Origin: Methanomassiliicoccaceae archaeon
Lineage (GTDB): Archaea; Thermoplasmatota; Thermoplasmata; Methanomassiliicoccales; Methanomassiliicoccaceae
Direction: 5' to 3'
NCBI GenBank assembly: GCA_040776945.1
Contig: JAXGZN010000002.1
Span: 384,001-448,000, forward strand
DNA: 64,000 nucleotides
This document shows, one piece after another, positions 20,035 through 30,386 of this stretch. Each line of letters starts with the position of its first letter. Positions within the stretch are counted from its first letter, which is position 1. Below the pieces are notes generated by a model, which was not told where the DNA came from, ran no database searches, and saw only the letters and a list, made by a program, of their open reading frames with translations. The translations under genes and the position numbers were made by a program.

Positions 20035-21093
20035 ATGCGGACGGTGCTCTTGACCACCACCAGCGAGATGAGCGATCATCGCCACGAATGGGAGGAGCTC
20101 AGGCGGGAGTGCCGCGGGACGGTGTACTCGTCGTTCGATATGGTCCGGGCCTGGTTCGAATGCTACCGAGAGGACGCCTCGCCAAGGGTCATCATGGCCG
20201 AGGACCGCGGAGAACTCGTGGGGCTGGCCCCCCTGTCCTATCACCATTACGTGTCGATGGGGCTGCCGATCAGGGTCCTGGCCCTGCCCGGAGAGGTCCG
20301 CCATAAGCTGTGGATGGCGACCGTATCGTTCATGTTCAGGCCCGGGAGGGACGATGCTCTCGAAACCATGGTGGCGAGGGCCAGGAAGGTGGGGTGGAAC
20401 ACCTTCACCGCCTGCCACATGATCGACAACGCTGAGACCAGGCGTTTCATTGGCGCGATGCGCTCGCGGTGGAAGGTTGTCGATCACCGGATGGACAAGA
20501 GCGTCACGCTCACCTTCCCGGAGAAGGGGGACATAGCCACAATGTTCGAGCGGAAGGCCAGGGAGAACCTCAGGAACCGCGCCAAGAAGCTGGAGCGGGA
20601 GAAGGGCGACGTGTCGTTCAGGACACTGCCTCCGGGCGAGGTCGAGGCGGCTGTCGAGGAGTACGCACGGCAGCACGAGGAGCGGTACTCGAAGAAAGGC
20701 GGGAGCATCTTCAGGTCACCCGATAACATCCAGTTCCTGAAAGCCGTGATGAGGGCGGCAATGGACCAGGGCTATGGCTTTGCCCATGAGCTGAGGATCG
20801 ATGGGCAGGTGGCGGCCCAGAGCTTCGGGTTCATCGACGGCGACGTCGTCCGCCCGTACCGCTTCGGGATGAACGACGCCTTCACCGCCTACTCTCCGGG
20901 ATGGCAGCTGCATCATCGCTCATTCTCTTATTTTCGGGACCGCGGCATGAGACAATGCTCCCTGGGGGCCGGCGACGAGGCCTACAAGTACCGGATGGGG
21001 GGCGTGGAATCTCAGCTGCTGGGGATCATGGTAAGGAGGGGAGCGATCGGCCTCGTGGACAGGATGGCCCGCCGGTTGGAGGCCGGAAGGTGA
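20035..21093 (+). CDS. GNAT Acetyltransf_6 (CelD/BcsL-like) protein, paralog 1
   Basis: 'WEELRRECRGTVYSS..W...ELVGLAPL' N-terminus; 'LRIDGQVAAQ.FGF...YSPGW...LGAGDEAYKY' C-terminus. Confidence 0.85.
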   Translation: MRTVLLTTTSEMSDHRHEWEELRRECRGTVYSSFDMVRAWFECYREDASPRVIMAEDRGELVGLAPLSYHHYVSMGLPIRVLALPGEVRHKLWMATVSFMFRPGRDDALETMVARARKVGWNTFTACHMIDNAETRRFIGAMRSRWKVVDHRMDKSVTLTFPEKGDIATMFERKARENLRNRAKKLEREKGDVSFRTLPPGEVEAAVEEYARQHEERYSKKGGSIFRSPDNIQFLKAVMRAAMDQGYGFAHELRIDGQVAAQSFGFIDGDVVRPYRFGMNDAFTAYSPGWQLHHRSFSYFRDRGMRQCSLGAGDEAYKYRMGGVESQLLGIMVRRGAIGLVDRMARRLEAGR

Positions 21094-21272
21094 GAGGACG
21101 CGGAAAGACCCCGGAAGATGTTGACAGCTCGCTCAAGCATATCGGGGCACATCGTGAGCGATTGCCGGGGAGGGTCGGAGAGAGGGAACTCGTCACCGGA
21201 TGTCCTTTATGAACAAAATCCCTAATGGCAAATAAATTATATTCGTCCCTGACATATCTTGGTGGTCTTTGG

Positions 21273-22415
21273 TTGAGGTCGACTTTATTAACTTCGGTCG
21301 AGGAGGTCTCCGAGCAAGAAGAGCGTTGGGAGGCCCTCAGGATGGAGTGCGGCGGGACGATCTACTCCTCGAACTTCATGAACCGGGTGTGGTACGAGAC
21401 GTTCTCCGCATCCTCAACGCCCTGCGCGATAATGGTGGAGGAGAAGGGCGACCTGCTGGGCATCGCACCATTGACCAGATATAAGTACAGGGTCGCGAAG
21501 CTACCCATCAAGGTCCTGTCCCTGGCCGGGGACATGCGCAACCGTTTGCGGCTGACGACCAACTCCATCCTCTATCGTCCGGACCGGCCCGATGCCCTCG
21601 AGGCCATCATCGACCAGATGAAGAGACTGAACTGGAGCGTCCTTTGGACCATCAATATGGAGTCCTCGACGGAGGCCGCCCGCTATATGGATCTGGTGCG
21701 CACCACCTGGCGCGAGGTCGAGTACGGCGCGAAGAAGAACCTTGAGGTCCCCCTGCCTCCCTCGGGCCCTCTGGCCGACAGTTACACCAAGGACGGGAGG
21801 CGCAATTTCAGGAAGCTCATGAACAGGCTCGAACGGGAAAGCATGAACGTGTCTCTGGTAAAGCTCGGCATGGACGATCTGGACCGGGCCGTGGACACCT
21901 ACGCGAGGCAGCACATCGAGCGATGGGAAAATAAAGGGGGCAGCTATTTCCGGAACCCCGAGAACGTCGAGTTCCTGAGATCGGCGTCCAAGGAGGCGCA
22001 TGCCCGGGGCAAGGGGTTCGCCTACGAGATCACCCTGAACGGCGAGGTGGCCGCCCAGATCTTCGGTCTCATCGAAGGGACCACCGCATACGGGGAGCGC
22101 ATCGGGATGGACAACAGGTTCATGAGATACTCCCCTGGCTGGCTTATAAGCAATAGTGCCCATACCGATCTGAGGGACAGGGGGGCCGAGGTCTGCGTCA
22201 TGGGCCTGGGCGGAGAGCGTTACAAATATGAGATGGGGGCGAAGGAGAGGGACCTGGTGGGCATCGGGGCCACCCGCGGCATCATGTCCCTCATGTCCCG
22301 GGTGGCGCTGAGCCCTAGGATGAAAGGCATCGAGTCCCGGCTGGGCATAATGTCCGGGACGGCGTACACGGGGACCAACCGGTCCGCGGAGGCGGCGTCC
22401 GATCAGAGCGATTGA
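21273..22415 (+). CDS. GNAT Acetyltransf_6 (CelD/BcsL-like) protein, paralog 2
   Basis: Same motifs; TTG 21273 (MRSTLLT) aligns with the paralog starts and has GGTGG upstream. Confidence 0.85.
   Translation: MRSTLLTSVEEVSEQEERWEALRMECGGTIYSSNFMNRVWYETFSASSTPCAIMVEEKGDLLGIAPLTRYKYRVAKLPIKVLSLAGDMRNRLRLTTNSILYRPDRPDALEAIIDQMKRLNWSVLWTINMESSTEAARYMDLVRTTWREVEYGAKKNLEVPLPPSGPLADSYTKDGRRNFRKLMNRLERESMNVSLVKLGMDDLDRAVDTYARQHIERWENKGGSYFRNPENVEFLRSASKEAHARGKGFAYEITLNGEVAAQIFGLIEGTTAYGERIGMDNRFMRYSPGWLISNSAHTDLRDRGAEVCVMGLGGERYKYEMGAKERDLVGIGATRGIMSLMSRVALSPRMKGIESRLGIMSGTAYTGTNRSAEAASDQSD
21879..21968 (+). repeat. 90-bp near-identical repeat, copy 1 (second copy at 23055..23144)
   Basis: Direct comparison by eye: 88 of 90 nt identical. 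Confidence 0.9.
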
Positions 22416-22427
22416 TCGTGTTCAAAG

Positions 22428-23552
22428 ATGCCCGGAGCCTGTTCCATGTCCATGACCGCCTCTGTAATAGATACGCATGATGGCCTTGATGGACTGGAAG
22501 ATCGGTGGGAGCGATTGAGGAAGGAGTGCGGGGCCGGGATATACTCGTCCTATTTCCTAACCCGCTCCTGGCTGGAGAACTACCGCGCCGTGTCCAGTCC
22601 CCGCATCGTGCTGGTCGAGGAACACGGGGAGCTCGTCGGCCTGGCCCCTCTGGCCGTCCATACGCACAGGTCGGGCCGGCTATCGGTCAACGTACTGGCC
22701 CTCGCGGGCAGGGTGGCCGGACGTCTGTTCATATCCCCAAGCACCATCCTGCTCCGGCCGGGCCGGGACGATGCCCTCGAACCCATGCTGAAGGCGATGA
22801 GGGGGATGGATTGGAGCTTCCTTTCGGCCATATACATGGAGGACATCCACCCCGCCTCAAGGTTCATAGAGGTCGCGGGCCGGACCTGGCGGCCCGAGCC
22901 GCATCCCGAGAACAGCCTGGTCATCCTCTCCCTTCCGGAAGGGGACATATCCGCCATGTACGAGGCTGGAGCAAGGAGGAGCTTTGAGAAGCGGTCAAGG
23001 GCGCTGGAACGCGGCGGCCATAAGGTCTCGCTGAGGAAGGTGGCCTCAGAGGACCTGGACCGGGCCGTGGAAACCTACGCGAGGCAGCACATCGAGCGAT
23101 GGGAAAATAAAGGGGGCAGCTATTTCCGGAACCCTGAGAACGTCTTGTTCCTTAGATCGGCCCTCAAGGAAGCGGCCCTTCGGAACAAAAGCTTCGCCCA
23201 CGAGATCCTGATCGACGGGGAGGTGGCGGCCCAGAACTTCGGCTTTGTAGAGGGAGATCGCGCCTACTCGTACCGTCTGGGCATGAACGACGCCTTCGCC
23301 CGGTACTCGCCGGGGTGGATGGTAAAGCATTTCGGAATGACCGATCTTCGCGACAACGGAGTGATCAAGTGCGATTTCGGCGTCGGGGAAGAGAAGTTCA
23401 AGACGATGATGGGCGGGACAACCATCCCGCTCATAGGATTTAGGGCAAGCCGGGGGCTCATGTCCCTGCTGTCGCGAGCGCAGAGCATAAAGGAACGCTT
23501 TGAAAGGCGGGAGCATTCAAGCTCACGAGCGGATGTTGGACCTAACGCATAA
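22428..23552 (+). CDS. GNAT Acetyltransf_6 (CelD/BcsL-like) protein, paralog 3
   Basis: Same motifs (IDGEVAAQNFGF, YSPGW, GEEKFK); start may be 22446 or 22452. Confidence 0.85.
   Translation: MPGACSMSMTASVIDTHDGLDGLEDRWERLRKECGAGIYSSYFLTRSWLENYRAVSSPRIVLVEEHGELVGLAPLAVHTHRSGRLSVNVLALAGRVAGRLFISPSTILLRPGRDDALEPMLKAMRGMDWSFLSAIYMEDIHPASRFIEVAGRTWRPEPHPENSLVILSLPEGDISAMYEAGARRSFEKRSRALERGGHKVSLRKVASEDLDRAVETYARQHIERWENKGGSYFRNPENVLFLRSALKEAALRNKSFAHEILIDGEVAAQNFGFVEGDRAYSYRLGMNDAFARYSPGWMVKHFGMTDLRDNGVIKCDFGVGEEKFKTMMGGTTIPLIGFRASRGLMSLLSRAQSIKERFERREHSSSRADVGPNA
23055..23144 (+). repeat. 90-bp near-identical repeat, copy 2
   Basis: Matches 21879..21968 with two mismatches. Confidence 0.9.
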
Positions 23553-23613
23553 CTATGAAAAATTTAATATATTTCGAGATGAAAATAAGAACTAGATGGA
23601 ATAGGTGTGAGAA

Positions 23614-24738
23614 ATGATCGCGTCCCTGTTGACCACCACCGACGAGCTTGCCGAGCTGGAGGTCTGCTGGGAGGGCCTAAGGCAGGATTGCGGAGGAACG
23701 ATCTATGCCTCTAACGGGCTGATAAGGACATGGTTCGAGGCATACTCTCATTTTGCGTCCCCCAGGGTGATCATCATCGAGGAAGGGGGTGAACTGCTCG
23801 CGGCGGTCCCCCTGGCATCCTATACATATCGGGTTGCGAAGCTTCCCATGAAGGTGCTCGCCCTGGCCGGAGAGGTCAAGGACCGGTTGAGGCTGTCCAC
23901 GATATCGCCCCTTTTCCGGGACCATAGAGGAAATGACCTGATGCATAGGACGATGAAGGAACTAGGCAGGATGAAGTGGAACCTGCTGACCGCGGTTAAT
24001 CTGGAGGACAACGGGGCCAACCGCATGTTCATAGACGCGGTAAGGGCGAACTGGCAGACCGAGGAGTTCCCGCCCGCCAGGAAGATGACCCTGGACCTTC
24101 CTGCCGAGGGCAGCCTGATGAGCTCTCTGGACAAGAAGACCCGGAAGAACCTCGAGTACCGGCGCCGGTTGTTGGAGCGGGAGGGCCACACGATGGAGTT
24201 CCGCAAGGTCTGCGCAGAGGACATCGATCCCGCCGTCGACATCTATGCGAAGCACCACATCGAACGGTGGGAAAAGAAAGGGGGCAGCTATTTCCGGAAC
24301 CCCGAGAACGTAGAGTTCTTGAAGCGCTACGCGGGGCTGACCTGCCGCTCGGGCCAGGGGCACTTCTATGAGCTGCGGATCGACGGACAGGTCGCGGCCC
24401 AGGACCTCTATCTCCTAGACGGCAATGTTGTCTACGGGGACAAGACGGGAATGAACAACGATTTCCTGCGCTATTCTCCAGGGTGGTTCATTCAGATCCA
24501 TGCTCTTGACGAGCTGAGGGACATGGGCGCAGAGAGATATGTGATGGGCATCGGCGGAGAGAGGTACAAATCGGAGATGGGAGCGGTGGAATCCCCCCTG
24601 TTGGGCATCCGGGCGACGCGGGGACGGGCCTCCATGCTCGGCCGGCTATCGCGCACATCCGCGTTCAAGTACTTGGACGAGCGGCTGGACCTGACCAAGA
24701 GAACGATCGACGTCCAGGGAGAGAGCCCGGAGGCCTGA
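23614..24738 (+). CDS. GNAT Acetyltransf_6 (CelD/BcsL-like) protein, paralog 4
   Basis: Same motifs; AT-rich promoter-like tract and AGGTG SD upstream. Confidence 0.85.
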   Translation: MIASLLTTTDELAELEVCWEGLRQDCGGTIYASNGLIRTWFEAYSHFASPRVIIIEEGGELLAAVPLASYTYRVAKLPMKVLALAGEVKDRLRLSTISPLFRDHRGNDLMHRTMKELGRMKWNLLTAVNLEDNGANRMFIDAVRANWQTEEFPPARKMTLDLPAEGSLMSSLDKKTRKNLEYRRRLLEREGHTMEFRKVCAEDIDPAVDIYAKHHIERWEKKGGSYFRNPENVEFLKRYAGLTCRSGQGHFYELRIDGQVAAQDLYLLDGNVVYGDKTGMNNDFLRYSPGWFIQIHALDELRDMGAERYVMGIGGERYKSEMGAVESPLLGIRATRGRASMLGRLSRTSAFKYLDERLDLTKRTIDVQGESPEA

Positions 24739-24838
24739 GCGCTTTTGCCAGCGCGTTAACGGGCCTCAGATAATTTTATATCCGATAACTCATATTTTCT
24801 AATCCCCATAGTCAGTTTCAGCATGAAGGTGCAAACAG

Positions 24839-25918
24839 TTGAGAACTTCGCTGGTTGAAGATCCGAAGGAGCTTGCCGACCACGAGGAGCGTTGGGAGGC
24901 CCTGAGGCATGAGGCCGGGGGGACCATCTTCTCCTCCAACCTGATGGTCCGGACCTGGCTGAGCTCCTACCGCGGTTCGGTCGGCTCCCGCGTCATCCTC
25001 ATCGAGGACAAGGGGGAACTGGTGGCCGCGGCCCCTTTGGCCATCCATGTCCACAGGATCGGCATGGTCCCCATAAAAGTGCTCTCGCTCGCAGGCGGGG
25101 TCACCGGCAAGCTGTACCTGGGGACGAACTCGGTACTATGCCGCCCCGGAAGGGATGACGCCCTCGACCTCATGATGAGCGAGATAAAAAGGATGGACTG
25201 GTCCCTGCTGAGCTCGTTGAACATGCTCGATTCATGGTCATCCCGCGCCTACAGGCAGATGGTTGCCGACAGATGGCATGAGGTGAGCGCTCCCCCCATG
25301 AAGATGTACACGGTCACCATACCTGACAAGGGCGAGATCGTGGACCTGTTCAGCAAGAACTCCAGGAGGAACATCAAGAAGGACCTTAAGCACCTTAAGG
25401 ACCGTGGGAGCAAGGTCACCTTCAACAACATACCGCTGGAGGACATCCCCCGGGCCGTGGACATCTATGCCATGGAGCACATCGAGCGTTGGGGGCCGAA
25501 AGGGGGCAGCTACTTCCGCGACCCTGAGAACGTGAAGTTCCTCTCGACCATCGTCCAGGAGGCATTGTCCCGCGGCTGCGGCTTCGCCCGGGAGATACTT
25601 ATCGACGGAGAGGTGGCGGCCCAGAACTTTGGCTTCATGGAGGGGGGCACCGAGTACTCGTACCGCGTGGGCATGAACAACGCCTTCACCGAACACTCTC
25701 CCGGCTGGCTCATCAAGCTCTACGGCCTGGAGGCCGCCAGGTCATCGGGGATCAGGCAGCATGTGCTCGGAGTGGGGAACGAGGAGCACAAGTCGCATAT
25801 GGGAGGGGAGGAGACAACGCTGTTGGGGATAAGGGCCAGCCGCGGTCTCCTCTCGCCGATGATGGTACTGTCCTCGGCGGCGGGGGCGATCAGGAAACGG
25901 TTCGGCCCCGCGAAATGA
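24839..25918 (+). CDS. GNAT Acetyltransf_6 (CelD/BcsL-like) protein, paralog 5
   Basis: Same motifs; TTG start with AAGGTG SD; taattttata upstream. Confidence 0.85.
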   Translation: MRTSLVEDPKELADHEERWEALRHEAGGTIFSSNLMVRTWLSSYRGSVGSRVILIEDKGELVAAAPLAIHVHRIGMVPIKVLSLAGGVTGKLYLGTNSVLCRPGRDDALDLMMSEIKRMDWSLLSSLNMLDSWSSRAYRQMVADRWHEVSAPPMKMYTVTIPDKGEIVDLFSKNSRRNIKKDLKHLKDRGSKVTFNNIPLEDIPRAVDIYAMEHIERWGPKGGSYFRDPENVKFLSTIVQEALSRGCGFAREILIDGEVAAQNFGFMEGGTEYSYRVGMNNAFTEHSPGWLIKLYGLEAARSSGIRQHVLGVGNEEHKSHMGGEETTLLGIRASRGLLSPMMVLSSAAGAIRKRFGPAK

Positions 25919-25928
25919 ACCCCTCATG

Positions 25929-27113
25929 CTAACTTCTGAGGTGGAAGATCAGATTGGAGAGCGTATCTTTCGCCAACAGCTTGCTCACCGCCGGCATTAC
26001 ATCATCGGGTGCGAAGTAGGAGAAGCTCTCTGCTTCGAAGTACTGGGATATCGCCTCCCTCAGGCCGCCGCTCCTGCCCTGCCCGATCACGGACATGACA
26101 TCGGAAAGGGCGTTCACCCAAAGGACATCGTCCCGGTAGTCCGCAGCGTCAGGGACCTCCTGGCCGGTCAGGTCAAGGTACTGGATGAGCGGAAAGTTAA
26201 TGCCCGCGCAGGTGGCCTGGACGGTCTGGAACCAGAACCTGAAGTTGATGTCCAGCATCTTGTAGCGGCCGTCGCGGTCATCGAGCTTGAACTCAACATC
26301 GGCTATGCCCCGATGGCCCATCCCGGTAAGGAGCCGGTGCCCCAGTTCCGCGACCTCCTGATTGTGAACGCTCTTCAGCATGGTGCCCATTCCGAAGTCG
26401 ACCGGGAACTGCCTGATCTTCTGAGCGGTGAAGGTGCCCCTCGCCCTCCCGCTCCGGTCGATGTAGATGCTTACCTCGAAGTGGTTGGTATTTGGCCCGA
26501 TGACGATCTCCTGCACCATGGCCTCCAGGCCGGTGGGGAGGATCCTATCGAACAGCGAGACCAGTTCTCCCGGGCCGTCGGCGCTGAACCCTTTGTTCGG
26601 GAAATGCATCCGCCACAGGTGCCCGGAGTACGGCTTTATGAAGACGGGGTATTGCAGATCGCCCTTCAATGCCTCGATGTCCTGCATATCGCGGGGATAG
26701 AACGTCTTGGCGATCGGCACGTCGAGGCGCTCGGCCTGGTCCTGCTGGAACCTCTTGTTGGTCAGCCCCTTGGACACCTCTTCGTCGGGGAGGATGAGCT
26801 CGAACCTCTTCTCCAATCGATAACGGTATCGGGAAGCGAACTGCACCCAGTGATCGGAGGCCGGGAACAGGACGCCCTTGGGGCCGCCGTCGGCCGCCTC
26901 CAGCAAGGCCTCCAGCGCCCTCTCCGGCTCCTTGGTAGGCGCGGCTATCCGCATCCCCCGGCCGTAACGCGAGGACAGCCCGGGGGAGGAGGCGTGGTCG
27001 AAGATCCTCATCGGCACCCCTTCACGACCCAAGCTCCTGATGACCCCTAGGCCGCTGACGTCCCCGTCCAGCACATAGGCCTTGGCCTCCTTGTTGAACG
27101 ATCCGGCGGTCAT
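25929..27113 (-). CDS. second ATP-grasp carboxylate-amine ligase (D-aspartate ligase-like)
   Basis: GLGVIRSLGREGV, VLFPASD, YPVFIKP, VQEIVIG, ADVEFKLDDRDGRYKMLDINFR. Confidence 0.88.
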   Translation of the reverse strand: MTAGSFNKEAKAYVLDGDVSGLGVIRSLGREGVPMRIFDHASSPGLSSRYGRGMRIAAPTKEPERALEALLEAADGGPKGVLFPASDHWVQFASRYRYRLEKRFELILPDEEVSKGLTNKRFQQDQAERLDVPIAKTFYPRDMQDIEALKGDLQYPVFIKPYSGHLWRMHFPNKGFSADGPGELVSLFDRILPTGLEAMVQEIVIGPNTNHFEVSIYIDRSGRARGTFTAQKIRQFPVDFGMGTMLKSVHNQEVAELGHRLLTGMGHRGIADVEFKLDDRDGRYKMLDINFRFWFQTVQATCAGINFPLIQYLDLTGQEVPDAADYRDDVLWVNALSDVMSVIGQGRSGGLREAISQYFEAESFSYFAPDDVMPAVSKLLAKDTLSNLIFHLRS

Positions 27114-27177
27114 CGGGACCTCCCCATGGAGCGATTCATGCGACGCTCGATTGTATGAGACCGTACAAATATATATC

Positions 27178-28620
27178 TCAGCTGTTATGCTCTTGGATAA
27201 GACGGGCGATGGCCTCGGCCGATAGCCTTGACTCCACGTTCTTCCACTTCTTCCGATCGGGCATGCTCTCCAGCAACTTGATCGTTATGTCCGAGCCCTC
27301 GCCGAGAAGCTCGGCGAAGGAGCGCCGGATGCGGTCCGCCTCGGCGTCCTCCAACCCCGCGGAGCTGTAGACCTCTATGGTGAACTTGAGTGCGTCCTCC
27401 TGCACCAGCATAAGGAACTCTGGGGGGACGGCGAGGAAGGGGATGACCTCCTTCTCGTAGAAGTTGTCCACCCCCACGCCGGATACGGCCCGGCCACCGG
27501 CAGTGATGATCATGTCGTTCACACGCCCCTCTATCGCCCTGAAGGTCACATGCTCCCTTCCGCACGGGCATTCCCCGCCCAGCGTCACATGGTCCCCGAT
27601 ATCGTAGTTGATGAACGGCATGGAGCGGTTGCAAAGACTGGTGCCGATCAGGCGTTCCATCCCCCAGTCGTCCTCCAGCAGGCCGATCGCCCCCGTCTCC
27701 ATGTTCTGATGGTATCGGCCTTCGGAGCACTCCCCAGCGGAAATAACGTACTCCGACTGGCTGTACCAGTCCCGCACCGGGCAGCCCATGGCGCTCTCGA
27801 TGGCCTCCCGCATGGACCCAGGGAGCTGCTCGGAACTGGTATGGACGAAACGCGGGGACGCCTCCATCCTCGCTCCGGCCGCTTCCATCCCCCGGCTGAG
27901 GACGTACAGGGAGTGAGGATACCCTCTGACGATCTCGGGACGAAAGCGGTTCAGCCTGCCAATGATCTTCCTTATGTTGTCCCGGCCCAAGGCGTAGGTG
28001 TTGAAGGTCAGCTCCCCGACCCGGCCGTCCCATCTCCACAGCGCGCCCCTTTCCCTCTCGGAAACGAAATCTCCGCGGAACGAGGCTATACGCGCATCCA
28101 GGCCGGAGGCGCCGCAGCCCAAATAGTGCCTCCAGACCGCCGCCAGCTCCACCTCCCTGGTCTGCTGGTCAAGGAGAAAGCTCAGCGGCCGCCCCGTGGA
28201 GCCTGTGGTGCTGGCCTTCCCCGGACGGTAGGAGGCCTGATCGGATGCGATCATCCTTTCCCCCTCCTTCCTTATGATGTCCTTGGTAAGGACCGGCAGC
28301 CGCCGCAGCGCGCCAAGGTCCTTGACCTCTTGGGAGCGGAGCCCGACCGCCTTGAACACATCATGATAGTACGGCACGTTGCGCTCGGCATGTTCGAGGA
28401 CGAGGCGGAGCTGTCTCAGCTGGATGCGCTCCAGCTCCTCACGCGACCGCCTCTCGCTCTCCATAAGGCCTTCGAGACGCCGCCGGAATCCTCCGCCCAG
28501 GAGAAGGCTGCGCGGGACCGGGCTCATCACCGCGCCCATCGCGCTCTTCAGCGATGGGGGCAAGCGCTCGTAGAGCCTGAGGCCGGCGCTGTACGGCACC
28601 AAGCTCATGCCGATTGCCAC
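27178..28620 (-). CDS. CapK-like / phenylacetate-CoA ligase family adenylate-forming enzyme
   Basis: VPYYHDVF...LPVLTKD, STTGSTGRP, RGYPHSL, YSQSE, MPFINYDIGD, CPCGR...IEGRVND. Confidence 0.88.
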   Translation of the reverse strand: MAIGMSLVPYSAGLRLYERLPPSLKSAMGAVMSPVPRSLLLGGGFRRRLEGLMESERRSREELERIQLRQLRLVLEHAERNVPYYHDVFKAVGLRSQEVKDLGALRRLPVLTKDIIRKEGERMIASDQASYRPGKASTTGSTGRPLSFLLDQQTREVELAAVWRHYLGCGASGLDARIASFRGDFVSERERGALWRWDGRVGELTFNTYALGRDNIRKIIGRLNRFRPEIVRGYPHSLYVLSRGMEAAGARMEASPRFVHTSSEQLPGSMREAIESAMGCPVRDWYSQSEYVISAGECSEGRYHQNMETGAIGLLEDDWGMERLIGTSLCNRSMPFINYDIGDHVTLGGECPCGREHVTFRAIEGRVNDMIITAGGRAVSGVGVDNFYEKEVIPFLAVPPEFLMLVQEDALKFTIEVYSSAGLEDAEADRIRRSFAELLGEGSDITIKLLESMPDRKKWKNVESRLSAEAIARLIQEHNS

Positions 28621-28651
28621 CCCCCAGCCCTGCCGGTCGAAAGGAAGGGCA

Positions 28652-30145
28652 TCAGTCCCCCCTCCTTCCGGCGGTCCTCCCGCTCCTCATGGCTGTGAAG
28701 CGGCGGGCGTAGTTGAGCGCGATGTCGATCTCGTCCCTGGTGAAGCCCTTAAGGGCCAGTAGGACCACGAAATAGATGACGGCCCCGGCCGCAATGACCA
28801 GGAATATGCCCAGCATGCTGCCGGTGGTCCCGATCAAGAGGATGCTCGCGGCCATGGCCAAGGAGGCCGCCACGCTCTTGGCGATCGCGGCCCAGTCCAC
28901 GCTGAAGGTGAGGAACCGCCTGGATATGGACAGGCCGATGAGCAGCATGACCACGTGGGACGCGGTCGCGGCGATACCGGCGCCGACTATGCCGAACAGC
29001 GGGGTGAGCACGAACACCAGGGCGACGTTCAGGACCGCCGGGATGCTGAACGTTATGAAGTTCAGATGGGTCTTCTTCACCAGGTGAGGCACATTGTCCA
29101 CGAACCGGGACATGCCTGACAGCAGGCCTGCCAGCGCGATGAAGGGGATCACCGCCGCCCCGGGCGCGAACGCCGGGGTCGTCAGCGCCATGATGATCGG
29201 TCCGGCCAGGACCGATATGCCGACCACTGCGGGCAGGACAAGTATCATGTAATAGCGGAAGGACCTCCTCAGGTACTCCTTGACCTGGTCGATCCTGCCA
29301 TCATCATATAGTCTCGCCAGGGTCGGATAGAGGACCAGCTGTATGGGGGCGACCAATAGGTAGATCACCGCGCCGATGTTGAACGCCGCGGAATATATGC
29401 CCGCCAGGCTCAGACCGACCAGGATGGCCAGCAAATACCTGTCGCTTGAGGACAGGACCCAGTGGATAAGGGTATTGGGGGTCAGGGGCAGCCCGAACTT
29501 GAAGTTCCGCTTGAATATCTCCCGGTCCGGCCGGGAATATCCGACCTGACGAAGCACCAGGGACAGACCCATTATGAACGCCACCACCGCGATGATGAAG
29601 GAGCCGAGCACCGCTCCCAGGACGCCCATGCCTCCGACCACGAACAGCAGGATGAGCCCGACCTCGCCGAAGGCGTTGAAGATGTTCACCAAGGCATAGG
29701 TCCTGATCTGCCCCATCGCCCTGAAGTAGGAGCTGTTGATCCCCGTGAAGGCCGCGAAGGGCACGGTAAGCGCTCCCAACACTAGCACGGCGGCCAAGGT
29801 CCCGTCCTGGAAGATGAACTCGGCGAGAGGGACGCAAAGGGCGATCATGGCCGCGGTCAGAACGGCGCCGAAGGCCGCCACGATGGCGAAGGCCCCGAAG
29901 TACTCCCGGCTGATCCTTTTTCGGTCCTCCCCGGACCTCAGGAACCTGAGGAGGGTCACGCTCTGTCCCAGGATGGCCACCGACGACAACAGGGAGATGG
30001 TGACCAGCACCTGCACCCAGAGCCCGTAGTCATTGGTCCCCAGGGTCTTGGTGATGACCGGCAGGAGAAGGAAGTTGCCGACGTTCACCAGCACCTGAGT
30101 GAGACCAATGATAACCGCATCCTTTGCCAGGTCCTTGAACGCCAT
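28652..30145 (-). CDS. wzx: Wzx-type (MOP superfamily) oligosaccharide flippase
   Basis: About 14 TM segments; LLPVITKTLGTNDYG and FGLPLTPN...SSDRYLL...GIYSAA motifs. Confidence 0.88.
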   Translation of the reverse strand: MAFKDLAKDAVIIGLTQVLVNVGNFLLLPVITKTLGTNDYGLWVQVLVTISLLSSVAILGQSVTLLRFLRSGEDRKRISREYFGAFAIVAAFGAVLTAAMIALCVPLAEFIFQDGTLAAVLVLGALTVPFAAFTGINSSYFRAMGQIRTYALVNIFNAFGEVGLILLFVVGGMGVLGAVLGSFIIAVVAFIMGLSLVLRQVGYSRPDREIFKRNFKFGLPLTPNTLIHWVLSSSDRYLLAILVGLSLAGIYSAAFNIGAVIYLLVAPIQLVLYPTLARLYDDGRIDQVKEYLRRSFRYYMILVLPAVVGISVLAGPIIMALTTPAFAPGAAVIPFIALAGLLSGMSRFVDNVPHLVKKTHLNFITFSIPAVLNVALVFVLTPLFGIVGAGIAATASHVVMLLIGLSISRRFLTFSVDWAAIAKSVAASLAMAASILLIGTTGSMLGIFLVIAAGAVIYFVVLLALKGFTRDEIDIALNYARRFTAMRSGRTAGRRGD

Positions 30146-30386
30146 TCCGTTCCTCCGTTCGAGCCCGGACAAATATGGTGAACATGTAGATAGAACATCC
30201 TACCTGAATCTGGAGGCGGGACGTACTCCGCGGGATAGGCCCGATCGGCGCCGAGGGAAGGGGACCGAATATTCATTCCGCGAACCTAGGATGCATCACA
30301 TTGCATTATATTGAGAGGGCACGATACATGATGGGTTCGGAGGTAATATTTATCAAGATAGATACCGCTTGGACCCGGTGGGTGGG

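Noticed and set aside
14087-27113. ATP-grasp + GNAT + ABC transporter read as a graspetide RiPP cluster
   Set aside because: The ligases look D-Asp-ligase-like, the ABC genes are Wzm/Wzt type, and no convincing precursor peptide was found
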